DNA from: Armatimonadota bacterium
GTDB taxonomy: Bacteria > Armatimonadota > Fimbriimonadia > Fimbriimonadales > GBS-DC
DNA: 64,000 nucleotides
NCBI GenBank assembly: GCA_037445735.1
Contig: JBBIJY010000001.1
Span: forward strand, 96,001 to 160,000
Direction: 5' to 3'
Each line of letters begins with the position of its first letter. Positions within the stretch are counted from its first letter, which is position 1. The notes beneath the pieces were generated by a model. The model was not told where the DNA came from. It was given only the letters and a program-made list of their open reading frames with translations, and searched no databases. The position numbers and the translations under genes were made by a program. Shown here in pieces: positions 10,299-23,143 of this stretch.

Positions 10299-11164
10299 AG
10301 CGCTCCGCGCGCGAGCTGTTGCAGCACGGGGTCGTCGGGGAAGTAAGTTAGCCCACGCCGCGCCCATTCGCGCTGCTCACTGAGCCGCTGCTCGCGATGC
10401 TTCAGGATTGCCAGCCAGCGATAGGCGTCGCGCCAGCCCTCACGCTCAAACGGGTTCTGCAGAATCATCGAAGCGTTGCCCGCCTGCACCCACCGATCGC
10501 CGTTTGCAACCGCTTGCCGAAAGTAGCGCTCCGCCTGCGCATCATCGCCCAGCTGCACCAGCGTGTGGCGCCCCAGCTCGGTGAAGAGGGCAATACTGCG
10601 CGGGTTGTGGCGCGCGCCCTCCTTCAAAAACGCCATCGCCTCGCGCAGGTTGCGCTTATTATCGAACAGAATCATCTGCGCCCCGACCAGATAGCCCTGC
10701 ACGAAGGTCGGGTCGACCCATGTCATGAAGCGATAGAGGGGCAGCACCTCGCGCACAGGGCGATGGAAGTGATGGCGCACATCGAAAAAGGGCTTCACCT
10801 GCCGCTCGATATCGCCCCAGAGCCAGCGCGGGTCGCGCTCCGGTTCGGGGATGACGCTGGTCTCATCTTCATGATGGTGAACCTCGTCCGCGCTGGAGGC
10901 TTCCCGCGCGGTGCCCAGCCGCTTCTCCCGTTCGGTCATCGGGCGCAGTTGCACGCCGCCATGCGTGTATTCGTCCGTTTTGACCCAGAGATAGCCTGCC
11001 AGGCTGGAGCGCAGCTCGCCTATCACCGAGACCATCGCATGGCGGTCATAAAGCGTCTGCGCAGCCAGCGTGTCGGCACGCTGGACCTGCACAGGCAACG
11101 CGAGCCGCACCGCGACACCCCCAACCAGACCCAGCGGAACCAGCACCAGCGCTATTGATCGCAT
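10295..11164 (-). CDS. Membrane-anchored TPR-like protein (PilG/XapA-like)
   Basis: N-terminal TM; DPTFVQGY..EAMAFLKEGARHNP helical-repeat pattern; third gene of the ABC operon. Confidence 0.6.
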   Translation of the reverse strand: MRSIALVLVPLGLVGGVAVRLALPVQVQRADTLAAQTLYDRHAMVSVIGELRSSLAGYLWVKTDEYTHGGVQLRPMTEREKRLGTAREASSADEVHHHEDETSVIPEPERDPRWLWGDIERQVKPFFDVRHHFHRPVREVLPLYRFMTWVDPTFVQGYLVGAQMILFDNKRNLREAMAFLKEGARHNPRSIALFTELGRHTLVQLGDDAQAERYFRQAVANGDRWVQAGNASMILQNPFEREGWRDAYRWLAILKHREQRLSEQREWARRGLTYFPDDPVLQQLARGAL

Positions 11165-11167
11165 CGC

Positions 11168-11950
11168 TCACCCCAGCACCTGCCTGCGAAACCGCAGCCA
11201 GCCCAGCAACAGATAAGCGCCGCCGCTACCGAGCGCGTAGACCGCCATCGCGCCTATCACCCACCAGGCAATCGGGTCCCAGTCGTACACCACCTTCTGG
11301 CTCATGTCGAAAAGGTCATAATGGGGCAAAACGCCGTAGAGCCAGTTGAGCCAGAGGGCATCCAGCCCGCGCTCCCAGTGCGCCATCAGCAGGAGCCGAT
11401 TGAACAGACCCGACCCGAACGCCAGTATCAGGCTGAGAGTCACATTCGCCGCGGGCGTCAGATAGACCGAGAGCGCGACCCCCAGCGCGCACAGCCAGCC
11501 GATGCCGATCAGCTTCAGCAGCAGATACTGCCCGAAGATGGGCTTGAGCGGGACGCCCAGCATCAGAAGCAGCAGCCATGCCGCTCCCGCCAGGATCAGA
11601 AAGCATGCGCCCGCCGTGATGAACGCGGTCAACCACTTGCCCATCAGCAGCTGCCCGCGCGTGATGGGGCGCGCCAGCAGCGGATAAATCGTGCGCCGCT
11701 GAACCTCGTCGGGCAACTGACGCGCCGCTATCAGCACCGTCAGCACCGTGCTGAATATCCCCATCGCCAGAAAGGTGGTATCTTTGATAAAAATCTCCAG
11801 CCCGCGCACGCCGAACACGCGAAAGGTCGACGCGCCCAGCACCATCAGCGCCATCAGCATCAGCACCACATAGAGGTCTTTGCGCCGCAGGGTCTCCAGC
11901 AGTCCCGCGACGGTCAGCGCACGACAGACCTGAATCAGCGAGACACTCAT
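11168..11950 (-). CDS. ABC-2 type permease (PilI/XapB-like)
   Basis: About 6 TM; EVQRRTIYPLLARPITRGQLLMGK; ATG overlaps the ATPase stop. Confidence 0.8.
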   Translation of the reverse strand: MSVSLIQVCRALTVAGLLETLRRKDLYVVLMLMALMVLGASTFRVFGVRGLEIFIKDTTFLAMGIFSTVLTVLIAARQLPDEVQRRTIYPLLARPITRGQLLMGKWLTAFITAGACFLILAGAAWLLLLMLGVPLKPIFGQYLLLKLIGIGWLCALGVALSVYLTPAANVTLSLILAFGSGLFNRLLLMAHWERGLDALWLNWLYGVLPHYDLFDMSQKVVYDWDPIAWWVIGAMAVYALGSGGAYLLLGWLRFRRQVLG

Positions 11951-12708
11951 GCTGCCACCTCCTGCGCCAGCGCGTCTGCGCCCTGCTGCACCGTGCGGAT
12001 GAAGTAGTCCTCCAGCGATTCGAATCGTCCGCTCAGCTCGCTGAGCGTATGCTCGGCGATGAGGCGTCCGCGATGGATAACCAGAATGCGGTCGCACAGG
12101 CTGGCGACCTCGCCCAGCTCGTGCGAGGAGAAGAAGATGGTGGCGCCCCGCTCGCGCTGAAGACGCAGTAAATCGCGCAGCTCGCGCCTGCCAACGGGAT
12201 CAAGCCCTGACGAGACCTCATCCAGAATCAGCAGTTTCGGGTTGCCCAGCAGCGCCTGCGCGATACCGAGCCGCTGGAGCATGCCTTTGGACAGGTGGCG
12301 ATTGAGTGTGTGCATTTTAGGGGCGATGCCGACCGCCGCCAGCAGTGCTTCGATCTGGGCATTCAGGCTGTGCCCCGTTAGCCCCTGCAGGGCGCCGTAG
12401 AGGCGCATGGTCTCGTAAGGGGTCAGGTAGGGCGAGTAGAGCGCGGTTTCGGGCAGGAAGCCGACCAGCTGGCGGGCGCGCGCGTCGGTCGCTGGCTGCC
12501 CGAACAGGCGCACCTCGCCTGCCGTCGGCGGCTGGAAGCCCATCAGCACCTTGATAGTTGAACTCTTGCCGGCGCCGTTGACGCCCAGAAAGCCCACAAT
12601 CTCGCCCTCGCGCACCCCGAACGAGAGGCGATCCACCGCGCGCACAGGCGGTCGGAACGCCTGCCGATACTCCACCACCAGCTCGCGCACCTCAATCGCC
12701 CACATCAC
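11947..12708 (-). CDS. ABC transporter ATP-binding protein (PilH/XapD-like)
   Basis: Walker A GVNGAGKS, signature LSKGM, Walker B LILDE. Confidence 0.9.
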   Translation of the reverse strand: MMWAIEVRELVVEYRQAFRPPVRAVDRLSFGVREGEIVGFLGVNGAGKSSTIKVLMGFQPPTAGEVRLFGQPATDARARQLVGFLPETALYSPYLTPYETMRLYGALQGLTGHSLNAQIEALLAAVGIAPKMHTLNRHLSKGMLQRLGIAQALLGNPKLLILDEVSSGLDPVGRRELRDLLRLQRERGATIFFSSHELGEVASLCDRILVIHRGRLIAEHTLSELSGRFESLEDYFIRTVQQGADALAQEVAA

Positions 12709-12713
12709 CGCCT

Positions 12714-12746
12714 ATTATCGGCAACCGTTCGATGCCTGATTAGCCC
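12714..12746 (-). promoter_or_regulatory. Sigma28-like bipartite promoter GGGCTAATC-N12-GTTGCCGATAAT
   Basis: GCCGATAA is the sigma28 -10 consensus; same motif and spacing at 41095-41127. Confidence 0.6.
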
Positions 12747-12801
12747 GAAAGTTGCCTGGTCTCCACTCGCGCAGGTATAATCGCTGCACTTCAGGTGAAC
12801 G

Positions 12802-13617
12802 ATGGATAGGGCGGCGCGGGTTCTGCTCATCTGCAACGCAGCCATCGTGCTGCTCAGCATCGCGGGCTTCTGGGCGTTTACCAGCGGTCTGCCTGTGCCC
12901 GCGTGGAACTACTACGCGCTCACAAAGTGGCTGACCATCGCGAATGTAGTAACGGGTGTGTTGTGTGCGCTGTTCGCGATGGCTCACGAGCAGGGCTGGC
13001 GCCCGACGCTTGTTCTGCTCGCGCTCGCCACCATTCTGGCAGGTACCATGGAGCTGATAGGCACCACCACCGGCTTCCCCTTCGGGCGGTATCAATACAC
13101 CGATTTGCTGGGCTATAAACTGCTTGGGCATGTGCCGCTGCTGATTCCGCCCAGCTGGTTCATGATGCTCTATCCCGCGTTGCAGCTGGCATCGCTGCGG
13201 CTGGATGGCTGGCTGGCGCGCGCGGGCGTGGCGGCGGTGATTCTGACCCTCTGGGATGTCGCACTGGATCCCGCCGCGACAACCGGCTTCGCGCAGTGGC
13301 ACTGGCACCAGCAGGGTTCGTTCTGGGGACGGGTGCCAGGGGTGCATTTTTATTCGATGCCACTGGAGAACTGGCTGGGCTGGCTGCTAACAGGTGGGCT
13401 GATCAGCGCACTCTATTTGCGCCTGCAACCGCAATGGAGACCCGTTCGCCACAGCGTGAGCCTCTGGCTCTATCTGGTGCAGTGTGGGTTTGTGGCGGTC
13501 ATGGCGGTGCTGCTGGAACGCTGGTGGGCAGCCATTTGCTGGCTGATGGGATTTGGGGCAGTGCTGACGGGACTGCGTTTCTGGTCGGCTTCGGTCAGGG
13601 TTCGCGCAGAGTGTTAG
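12802..13617 (+). CDS. Carotenoid biosynthesis membrane protein (CruF-like 1',2'-hydratase, DUF422)
   Basis: ELIGTTTGFPFGRYQY, VPLLIP, WDVALDP, PLENWLGW; crt gene context. Confidence 0.8.
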   Translation: MDRAARVLLICNAAIVLLSIAGFWAFTSGLPVPAWNYYALTKWLTIANVVTGVLCALFAMAHEQGWRPTLVLLALATILAGTMELIGTTTGFPFGRYQYTDLLGYKLLGHVPLLIPPSWFMMLYPALQLASLRLDGWLARAGVAAVILTLWDVALDPAATTGFAQWHWHQQGSFWGRVPGVHFYSMPLENWLGWLLTGGLISALYLRLQPQWRPVRHSVSLWLYLVQCGFVAVMAVLLERWWAAICWLMGFGAVLTGLRFWSASVRVRAEC

Positions 13618-14314
13618 CCTGGGAAGGCGACCAGCGCTCATGGTCCGAGAGCCGACCGCGCAATACCGTGCGGAACCGTTCAGGGCAGTCGCGCCGTGCC
13701 GCGCTGAGCTGCTGGAGCAGCGCCTGCACGCATGTTCGTGCCTCGTTCAGCCATTCGTCAGGGTTAGACCGACCGCTCTCAAATGGCTCGCCAACCAGAA
13801 CATACGCCTCCGGATACTGGTGTATCCCTGTAACGATTTCGATAGCCATCGGCAGCAGGCAGACGGCAGGCAGCTGGCGGTGCAGCCAGTGCAGCGCACG
13901 CTGGAACGCCCATACCTCTGGTGCAGGATGCAGCTCACCTTCAGGGAAAAGAAACAGCAGATTGCCAGGTTGCTGAAGCTGCCAGATTGTTCGGCGCACG
14001 GCGCGCATTCGTAGAGCAATATTATCGTTGGGGAAGGGCATCGCGCCCAGACTCCAGAAGGGGGGGAACCGACGCCATTCGCGCATCCAGACCATCGCCC
14101 GCACACCCCACACCCGACTCAGCCAGTAGCACAGATAGCCGTCCCACCAGTAGTGATGCGGGGCGAACAGAATCGCTGGCGTGCGCTCCGACGGCTGTGC
14201 CCGCTCCCACACATAGACCGCCCGAAAATGCTGGCGCAGAGCGCGTTCAATCAGCCAGCCCGTGAACAGACCCAGAGGGCGCTGAATCAGCCCGGATAAA
14301 AGCGACCTTTCCAC
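13595..14314 (-). CDS. PlsC-family acyltransferase (carotenoid glycoside acyltransferase-like)
   Basis: PHHYWWDG and LFPEG motifs; start uncertain (GTG 14314 overlapping the GT2 end). Confidence 0.75.
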   Translation of the reverse strand: MERSLLSGLIQRPLGLFTGWLIERALRQHFRAVYVWERAQPSERTPAILFAPHHYWWDGYLCYWLSRVWGVRAMVWMREWRRFPPFWSLGAMPFPNDNIALRMRAVRRTIWQLQQPGNLLFLFPEGELHPAPEVWAFQRALHWLHRQLPAVCLLPMAIEIVTGIHQYPEAYVLVGEPFESGRSNPDEWLNEARTCVQALLQQLSAARRDCPERFRTVLRGRLSDHERWSPSQANTLREP

Positions 14315-15417
14315 CGAATCGTCCCCCGCAGGTTCCAGATGAGTGAGCGTATCAACACGCCCAGCGCCAGCGCGACCGAGAGCGGATAGAACAGTCCATA
14401 CCAGAAGGGCAGCCCGACGCAACGCCCTGATACACCGAACAAAAGCACCGCCAACCCGATACAGCCGATTCGCCACAACACCGGACCCCACACCAGTGGC
14501 AGCCAGTAAAGCATCACCATCGCCAGACCAATCGCTATGGCGGGCCATACACCCCGACAGAGCGCGACCGCGTTCTTGGAATAGCCATCCACTGCCTCTG
14601 CCAATCGGCGATACATGTGGGTGGATAGAAAACGCGAACCATGCAGAATCTGAATCTGGCTGGCGCCGCTTCGTTGCTGACGGCAGCGTTTGACCAGCTG
14701 GGCAATGCTTACATCGTCCAGCATGCAGCCCGCCACCGCTTGATGCGGCTGATCCTGCGCGTAGGCGTCCGCACGATAGGCAAGACACTGCCCGTTCGCG
14801 AAGCCGAACGCAGGGTTCGGATGCGACTCGGCAAGCGGTAGCGGCAGAAGGGTGAACAGCGATGCCATCACCACCTGATGCAGGAGCGCATCGCCCAGCC
14901 CTGCGGGCACGATGCGCGGAATGACCGTGATCAGCACCGCTTCAGGCGAGCGCGCGATTGCCTGACCGAGCCACAGCAGGAAATCGCGCTCCGGCTCCAC
15001 ATCGGCATCCAGAAACACCAGCGCCTGTGCGCCAAACCGAAGCGCCGCGTTGCCCAGCTGATAGCACGCCCACGCCTTGCCAGTCCAGCCGTTGGGCTTC
15101 GGCTGGGTTGGAACCAGCTGGAAGCCATACCGTTCCGCGTTCCGCTGGAGCCACTGCGTGCTGCCATCGCTGGATTCGTCGTCGTAGATCAGAACGGCGC
15201 ACGGCGCCCACGATTGCGACTGCAAAGCCCATAGCAGGTGGGGTAGATTGTGTCGCTCGTTACGCACAGGGATCAGCACCACCAGGCGGGGCAGGCTCAG
15301 CGCGTCTGCTAAAGCGTCCCGCTGTACACGCCGTCGCCGATGAAATAGATTAATCACCAGCACGACACCCTGCGTCAGGAGCATCAGCCCAATCGCCACC
15401 TGCACAACCGTTGCCAT
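14287..15417 (-). CDS. GT2 glycosyltransferase (carotenoid glycosyltransferase-like)
   Basis: IPVRNE, DDESSD, GWTGK, FLDAD, C-terminal WKGR. Confidence 0.82.
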   Translation of the reverse strand: MATVVQVAIGLMLLTQGVVLVINLFHRRRRVQRDALADALSLPRLVVLIPVRNERHNLPHLLWALQSQSWAPCAVLIYDDESSDGSTQWLQRNAERYGFQLVPTQPKPNGWTGKAWACYQLGNAALRFGAQALVFLDADVEPERDFLLWLGQAIARSPEAVLITVIPRIVPAGLGDALLHQVVMASLFTLLPLPLAESHPNPAFGFANGQCLAYRADAYAQDQPHQAVAGCMLDDVSIAQLVKRCRQQRSGASQIQILHGSRFLSTHMYRRLAEAVDGYSKNAVALCRGVWPAIAIGLAMVMLYWLPLVWGPVLWRIGCIGLAVLLFGVSGRCVGLPFWYGLFYPLSVALALGVLIRSLIWNLRGTIRWKGRFYPG

Positions 15418-15510
15418 CGCCCTTGCAGCGCATTCGGAATCTTACCTGTTCACAGCGTGCAATCGGGTATCCTTCAGGGCAGGCGCGTTTACAGGGAGGG
15501 CTGGATAGTT

Positions 15511-16467
15511 GTGGCGCTGGACGATGCGTTAGGGCAGTGGCGCGCATGGGAAGCGGAGCTGGTGAATCGGGCAACCAGCGTCTCAGAGGAGTATCTGGAA
15601 CCCTATCCTGTCGATCCTGCGGAGCTGCGATCAGCATATGCGCGTTGCGAGCAGATTACACGCACGCACAGTCGAACCTTCTATTTAGCGTCGGCGTTTA
15701 TGCCGCGTCCGAAGCGGCGGGCGATCCGCGCCCTGTATGCCTTCTGCCGCGTGAGCGACGATATGGTGGACCGAAGCGAGGGCAATTCGGCAGCCAGGCT
15801 GTCAGCATGGCGGCGTGCGGTGCTGGATGAGAAGGTCAGCGACCCCGTGCTGACCGCCTGGCGCGACACGCTCGCCCGCTATCGCATCCCCATCGGCTAT
15901 ATGTTCCAGCTGCTGGACACGCTGGAGACCGACCTCACAACGGCTCGCTACGCCACCTTCAAACAGCTGGCACACTACTGCTACGGGGTGGCGTCCACCG
16001 TCGGGCTGATGTCGATGCACATTATCGGTTATACCGATCGGCGAGCCGTCGAGTATGCGGTGCGTCTGGGCGTCGCGCTACAGCTGACCAACATTCTGCG
16101 TGATGTGGGCGAAGACTGGCGTCGAGGTCGGCTCTATCTGCCGCTGAGCGAGCTGGATGCCTTCGAGTTGAGTGAGCGCGACATCGCAGCGGGACGCCTC
16201 TCATCGCAGTGGTGCGACTTCATGCGATTCCAGATTGCACGGGCAAGACGGCTGTATGCCGCTGCTCTGCCGGGCATCGCATGGCTCCACCGCGATGGGC
16301 GGTTCGCCGTTACCGCCGCGGCAGAACTGTATCGCGCTATTCTGGACGATATCGAAAAACACGGCTACGATGTATTTCGCCGACGCGCCCATGTCAGCGG
16401 TTGGCGCAAACTCATCGCCCTCCCTGCCATCGCATGGCGCACCTGCACCCTGCACTCCGTCCAGTAG
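15511..16467 (+). CDS. crtB: Phytoene synthase
   Basis: [39 protein letters not shown] start after gggagg. Confidence 0.92.
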   Translation: MALDDALGQWRAWEAELVNRATSVSEEYLEPYPVDPAELRSAYARCEQITRTHSRTFYLASAFMPRPKRRAIRALYAFCRVSDDMVDRSEGNSAARLSAWRRAVLDEKVSDPVLTAWRDTLARYRIPIGYMFQLLDTLETDLTTARYATFKQLAHYCYGVASTVGLMSMHIIGYTDRRAVEYAVRLGVALQLTNILRDVGEDWRRGRLYLPLSELDAFELSERDIAAGRLSSQWCDFMRFQIARARRLYAAALPGIAWLHRDGRFAVTAAAELYRAILDDIEKHGYDVFRRRAHVSGWRKLIALPAIAWRTCTLHSVQ

Positions 16468-16469
16468 CC

Positions 16470-17966
16470 ATGAGTCAGCCGCGCACAGTGGTGATTGGAG
16501 CCGGGTTTGGTGGATTGGCGATTGCCGCCCGCCTCTGCGCACGCGGGCATCAGGTGGAGCTGTTCGAAAAGCTCGACAAACCTGGCGGGCGCGCCTACAC
16601 CTTCATACAGGACGGCTTCACCTTCGACGGCGGTCCAACCGTCATCACCGCACCGTTCCTGTTCGACGAGCTGTTCGCAATAGCAGGACGCAGACGCAGC
16701 GACTATGTGGAGTTCATTCCCATCAATCCCTTCTACCGAATCTTTGACCATCAGGGCAACTACTTTGAGTATAACGGCGACACCGACTATGTACTGACGC
16801 AGATTGAGCGGTGGAATCCCGCCGATAAGGAAGGCTATCGGCAACTGCTGGAACGAACGCGCACCCTCTTCCAGAAGGGCTTCATCGAGCTGGCAGATAA
16901 ACCCTTTCTGTCGTTCACAGACATGGTGCGCGTCGTGCCCGACCTGATCCGCCTGCAGTCGTACCGTTCTGTTTACAGCTATGTGGCACAATTTATCCAG
17001 CATGAGTTTCTGCGCCGCTGTTTCACTTTCCATCCGCTTTTGATAGGGGGCAACCCCTTCACCGCTTCTTCGATCTATGCGCTGATCCACTATCTGGAGC
17101 GTGAATGGGGTGTCTGGTACGCTCGTGGCGGCACAGGCGCGCTGGTGCAGGCGCTGGTGCGCCTGATTGAGGAACAGGGCGGACATATCCACCTCAACAC
17201 AGAAGTGGCGGAGATTGTAATTGAGGGTCGGCGAGCGAAGGGCGTGCGCCTCAACGATGGTCGATTCGTGCCCGGCGATTATGTGGTCTGTAATGCCGAT
17301 GTCCCCTATGCCTATATGAACCTGATTGCGCCCCAGCATCGCAGCTGGCGCAACTCCGATTTCCGCTATAAACGGCTGACCCGCTACAGCATGTCGCTGG
17401 TGGTCATCTACTTTGGCACCAATCGTCTTTACCGCGATACACCGCTGGCGCATCACAACATCATGCTGAGCGCGCATTATCGCGAGTTGATCGAGCAGAT
17501 TTTTGGCGCGCGCTCCCTGCCGCAGGAGTTTTCGCTCTATCTGCACATGCCGACACTGACCGATCCAGCGCTGGCGCCTGAGGGGTACGAGGCGTTCTAT
17601 GTGCTCGCACCTGTGCCCCATCTGGGCGCACCTATCGATTGGGAGCGTGAGGCGCGACCCTACCGCGATGCGATTATGCAGTTCCTGGAACAGCACTATC
17701 TGCCTGACCTGCGTCGGCATATCGTGACGGAACGAATGATCGACCCGCGCTACTTTCGCGATCGGCTCAACACCTATCTGGGCACTGGGTTCTCGATTCA
17801 GCCGCTGCTTCTGCAGTCGGCATGGTTTCGCCCGCACAACCGCTCCGAAGATGTGGACAATCTCTACTTTGTGGGCGCGGGCACGCATCCAGGCGCAGGC
17901 TTGCCAGGCGTGCTCTGCTCCGCCAAAGCGGTCGATTCGCTCATTTCTGGAGGTTCACTCAAATGA
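16470..17966 (+). CDS. crtI: Phytoene desaturase
   Basis: [11 protein letters not shown] motif, [22 protein letters not shown]. Confidence 0.92.
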   Translation: MSQPRTVVIGAGFGGLAIAARLCARGHQVELFEKLDKPGGRAYTFIQDGFTFDGGPTVITAPFLFDELFAIAGRRRSDYVEFIPINPFYRIFDHQGNYFEYNGDTDYVLTQIERWNPADKEGYRQLLERTRTLFQKGFIELADKPFLSFTDMVRVVPDLIRLQSYRSVYSYVAQFIQHEFLRRCFTFHPLLIGGNPFTASSIYALIHYLEREWGVWYARGGTGALVQALVRLIEEQGGHIHLNTEVAEIVIEGRRAKGVRLNDGRFVPGDYVVCNADVPYAYMNLIAPQHRSWRNSDFRYKRLTRYSMSLVVIYFGTNRLYRDTPLAHHNIMLSAHYRELIEQIFGARSLPQEFSLYLHMPTLTDPALAPEGYEAFYVLAPVPHLGAPIDWEREARPYRDAIMQFLEQHYLPDLRRHIVTERMIDPRYFRDRLNTYLGTGFSIQPLLLQSAWFRPHNRSEDVDNLYFVGAGTHPGAGLPGVLCSAKAVDSLISGGSLK

Positions 17967-18421
17967 TTTATGTGCTTCATCGGGAGCAGATTATCCCGGC
18001 ACCGCTTGAGCGTGTGTGGGACTACTTCGCAACGCCGCTGAATCTGAACGCGATTACACCGCCCGATCTGCACTTTGAGATTGTGCGCGGCGGCGAACAG
18101 CGCATGTACGCCGGGCAGGTGATTGAATATCGGGTGTCGATAGTGCCCGGCGTGCGGGTGCGCTGGCTTACCCAGATAACCCATGTGGAGCCGTTGCGCA
18201 TGTTTATCGATGAACAGCGCATCGGACCCTACCGACTCTGGATCCATGAGCATCGGTTCGTGCCAGAGGGCGACTCGGTGCGAATGATTGACCATGTGAC
18301 CTATGCGCTTCCGTTCGGCGTGATAGGGCGGCTGGCGCATGCACTGTTTGTGCGGCGTCGCCTGGACCACATTTTTGATTTTCGGCGGCGGAAGGTGGAG
18401 GAACTGTTCGGGGGTCAGTAA
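17963..18421 (+). CDS. SRPBCC/START-fold lipid-binding protein
   Basis: [34 protein letters not shown] overlap with crtI. Confidence 0.8.
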   Translation: MIYVLHREQIIPAPLERVWDYFATPLNLNAITPPDLHFEIVRGGEQRMYAGQVIEYRVSIVPGVRVRWLTQITHVEPLRMFIDEQRIGPYRLWIHEHRFVPEGDSVRMIDHVTYALPFGVIGRLAHALFVRRRLDHIFDFRRRKVEELFGGQ

Positions 18422-18437
18422 GGTAGACTTGCATGGG

Positions 18438-20654
<2,217 letters not shown>

Positions 20655-20679
20655 GCGCATGGAGTATCATAAAAGCGGG

Positions 20680-21072
20680 ATGAAACCGAACGAGTTGCTG
20701 GAACGGTTGCAAGCGCCGCCGATACCGCTGCGAATCGATGAGGACGGCGCGCTGCGTGTCGGTGAAACGCGGATCACGCTGGAAACCGTGCTGATTGGCT
20801 TCCAGAATGGCAGCAGCCCAGAAGAGCTGGTGCTGCAGTACCCCGTGCTGAAACTCGAAGATGTCTACACCCTGCTGGCATATTACCTGCATAATCGCGC
20901 CCTGTTTGACCAGTTTCTGGAATCCATTCGGCACGAGGCGGAAGCGAAGTTCGCCCATTATGAACGGCTCTACCCGACCGCCGATCTACGCAAACGCCTG
21001 CTGGTCAGCGGCGGGGCTGGGCATTATGCTCGCGCTGGAGCGCTTCAAAAATCTGCTCCACCTGCGCGTTGA
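20680..21072 (+). CDS. DUF433-family putative antitoxin
   Basis: RVGETRITLETVL..GSSPEEL..YPVLKLEDVY..AYYL pattern. Confidence 0.75.
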   Translation: MKPNELLERLQAPPIPLRIDEDGALRVGETRITLETVLIGFQNGSSPEELVLQYPVLKLEDVYTLLAYYLHNRALFDQFLESIRHEAEAKFAHYERLYPTADLRKRLLVSGGAGHYARAGALQKSAPPAR

Positions 21073-23131
21073 CCTCTTCATCGGTCAGCGTGCGTTCAGG
21101 ATGGCGGAACACCAGCGCGAAGGCGAGGCTGTGGCAGCCTTCGGGCACCGGCGCGCCCGTGTAGCGGTCAAAAAGTTGCACCGATTCGAGCCATTCGCCG
21201 CCCGCCTGCCAGATGGTGGCAAACAGGCGCGCGGCGGGCACGCTCTGCGCCACAATCACAGCAATATCACGCAGAACGGGCGGTTGCGTCGGCAGCGGGC
21301 GATAGCGCACCTCGTGCGTGGACAACTCGCGCAACGCCTCCAGATCGAACTCGGCAAGGTAAACCCGTCGGCGGAACCCGTACTGGCGCTGGAGTTCAGG
21401 ATGCAGCTCGCCCAGCCGCCCCAGCCACCTGCCACTCGCTTCCACATCCGCCACGCGCCCTGGATGGAAGCGCCGATCCGCCTGAACTCCCTTGCCCCCC
21501 TCACCCGTGGAAGACTCAGAAACCTCCTTGCCCTGCTGGGGCGCGGGATCAAGATATTCCGCCTGAATGCCCAGCATGGTCAATAGATGCTCCACCACGC
21601 CCTTGAGCGCGTAGAAGTCAGCCTCGCGCGGCTTGCCCGTCCAGTGCGGCGCGTGCAGGGCGCCCGTCATCACGATTCCCAGCGCGAGCCGCTCCTGATA
21701 GCCATCAGAACCCCTGCTGAACACACGCCCGATCTCGAACAGATGCAGGTCGGCAATCCCGTGTCGGCGGTTATGGTCCGCGGCAAACAGCAGCCCCGAT
21801 AGAATCGAAGTGCGCAGATAGCGCAGCTCATCGCTCATCGGGTTGAGCAGTTCGACAGGCGGCAGAAGCTGCAGGGGGTTCGCTGGCTCCAGCGTGTGGC
21901 TGACAATCTCCTGCAGACCTGCGCCGAGCAGAATGGTGCGCACGCGCTCGGCGAAGGCGCCTTCCGGGCTATCTTTGCCCTGCGTGGTCAGCCCTGCAGG
22001 CGGCGATTCGGGGATGCGCTCATAGCCCAGAATGCGCCCCAGCTCCTCAATTACATCCTCCTCGCGCTTGAGGTCTTCATAGCGATAGAACGGAACCTGC
22101 AGGGTGAAGACGCCCGCTTCGCGCCCGACAGGTCGCAGGTTCAGTCGGGTCAGAACCGCCTGCGCCTCAGCGGGGTCTATCGCGAAGCCCAGCAGCTTTT
22201 CAGCGCGCGTGATCCGCACAGTCAGCTCGCGCGACGGGTACGGCTTCGGATACACATCCAGCACACCCGCCACCGCCACGACACCCGTCCACTGCTCAAT
22301 CAGCTCGCACACGCGCACCTGCGCCGCAACCACCAGATTCGGGTCCACGAAACGCTCGAAGCGATAGGACGATTCGGTGCGCAGCCCCAGCTCGCGGGCG
22401 GTGCGCCGAATCGAAAGCGGATTAAAATGCGCCGATTCCATCAGGATATGGCGCGTTTGTGGGGTGACTTCCGTTTCTGCACCACCCATGATGCCTGCGA
22501 CGGCGACGGGGCGCACAGCATCGCAGATCATCAGCATCGGGGGCTTGATGGCGTGTTCGCGCCCATCCAGCGTCTGGATGCGCTCGCCCTCGCGCGCCTG
22601 CCGCACAACGATGCGCCTTTCCTGAAGCGTATCCAGGTCGAACGCATGCAGCGGCTGACCCAGCTCCAGCAGCACATAGTTGGTGGCGTCGACAATATTG
22701 TTGATGGGGCGCATGCCCGCCGCATGGAGACGCTGCTGAACCCTGACGGGCGAAGGCGCGATGCGCACATCCCTGATCACCCGCGCCGCATAGCGCGGAC
22801 ACAGGTCAGGGTCCAGAATCTCCACCGCTGCATACTGGGGCACCTCGCCAGGGTCGGGCGCAGGCGGGTTCAGAATCAGCGCGTTAAGCCGTTCAAACAG
22901 GGGTGTCGGCTGGCACAAGTCGCCCAGAATCGCGACCACCTCGCGAGCGATGCCAAAAATGCTCAAACAATCGCCCCGATTGGGCGTGATATAGAGCACC
23001 AGCACCTCACCATCGGGCGTGGTGTCGATCTCTTCCACTTCCAGCCCCGCCATCGTCAGCCGTTCGGCTAACGCCGACACGCTCAGGTCGAACTGCACGA
23101 ACTCCTTCAGCCACTCAATCGGGACGCGCAT
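21005..23131 (-). CDS. pheT: Phenylalanine-tRNA ligase beta subunit (short form lacking the B2 OB domain)
   Basis: ITPNRGDCLS, NNIVDATNY, EEDVIEE, C-terminal FDX domain (RTLTDEEV). Confidence 0.95.
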   Translation of the reverse strand: MRVPIEWLKEFVQFDLSVSALAERLTMAGLEVEEIDTTPDGEVLVLYITPNRGDCLSIFGIAREVVAILGDLCQPTPLFERLNALILNPPAPDPGEVPQYAAVEILDPDLCPRYAARVIRDVRIAPSPVRVQQRLHAAGMRPINNIVDATNYVLLELGQPLHAFDLDTLQERRIVVRQAREGERIQTLDGREHAIKPPMLMICDAVRPVAVAGIMGGAETEVTPQTRHILMESAHFNPLSIRRTARELGLRTESSYRFERFVDPNLVVAAQVRVCELIEQWTGVVAVAGVLDVYPKPYPSRELTVRITRAEKLLGFAIDPAEAQAVLTRLNLRPVGREAGVFTLQVPFYRYEDLKREEDVIEELGRILGYERIPESPPAGLTTQGKDSPEGAFAERVRTILLGAGLQEIVSHTLEPANPLQLLPPVELLNPMSDELRYLRTSILSGLLFAADHNRRHGIADLHLFEIGRVFSRGSDGYQERLALGIVMTGALHAPHWTGKPREADFYALKGVVEHLLTMLGIQAEYLDPAPQQGKEVSESSTGEGGKGVQADRRFHPGRVADVEASGRWLGRLGELHPELQRQYGFRRRVYLAEFDLEALRELSTHEVRYRPLPTQPPVLRDIAVIVAQSVPAARLFATIWQAGGEWLESVQLFDRYTGAPVPEGCHSLAFALVFRHPERTLTDEEVNAQVEQIFEALQREHNAQPRR

Positions 23132-23143
23132 GGCAGGCTCCTC

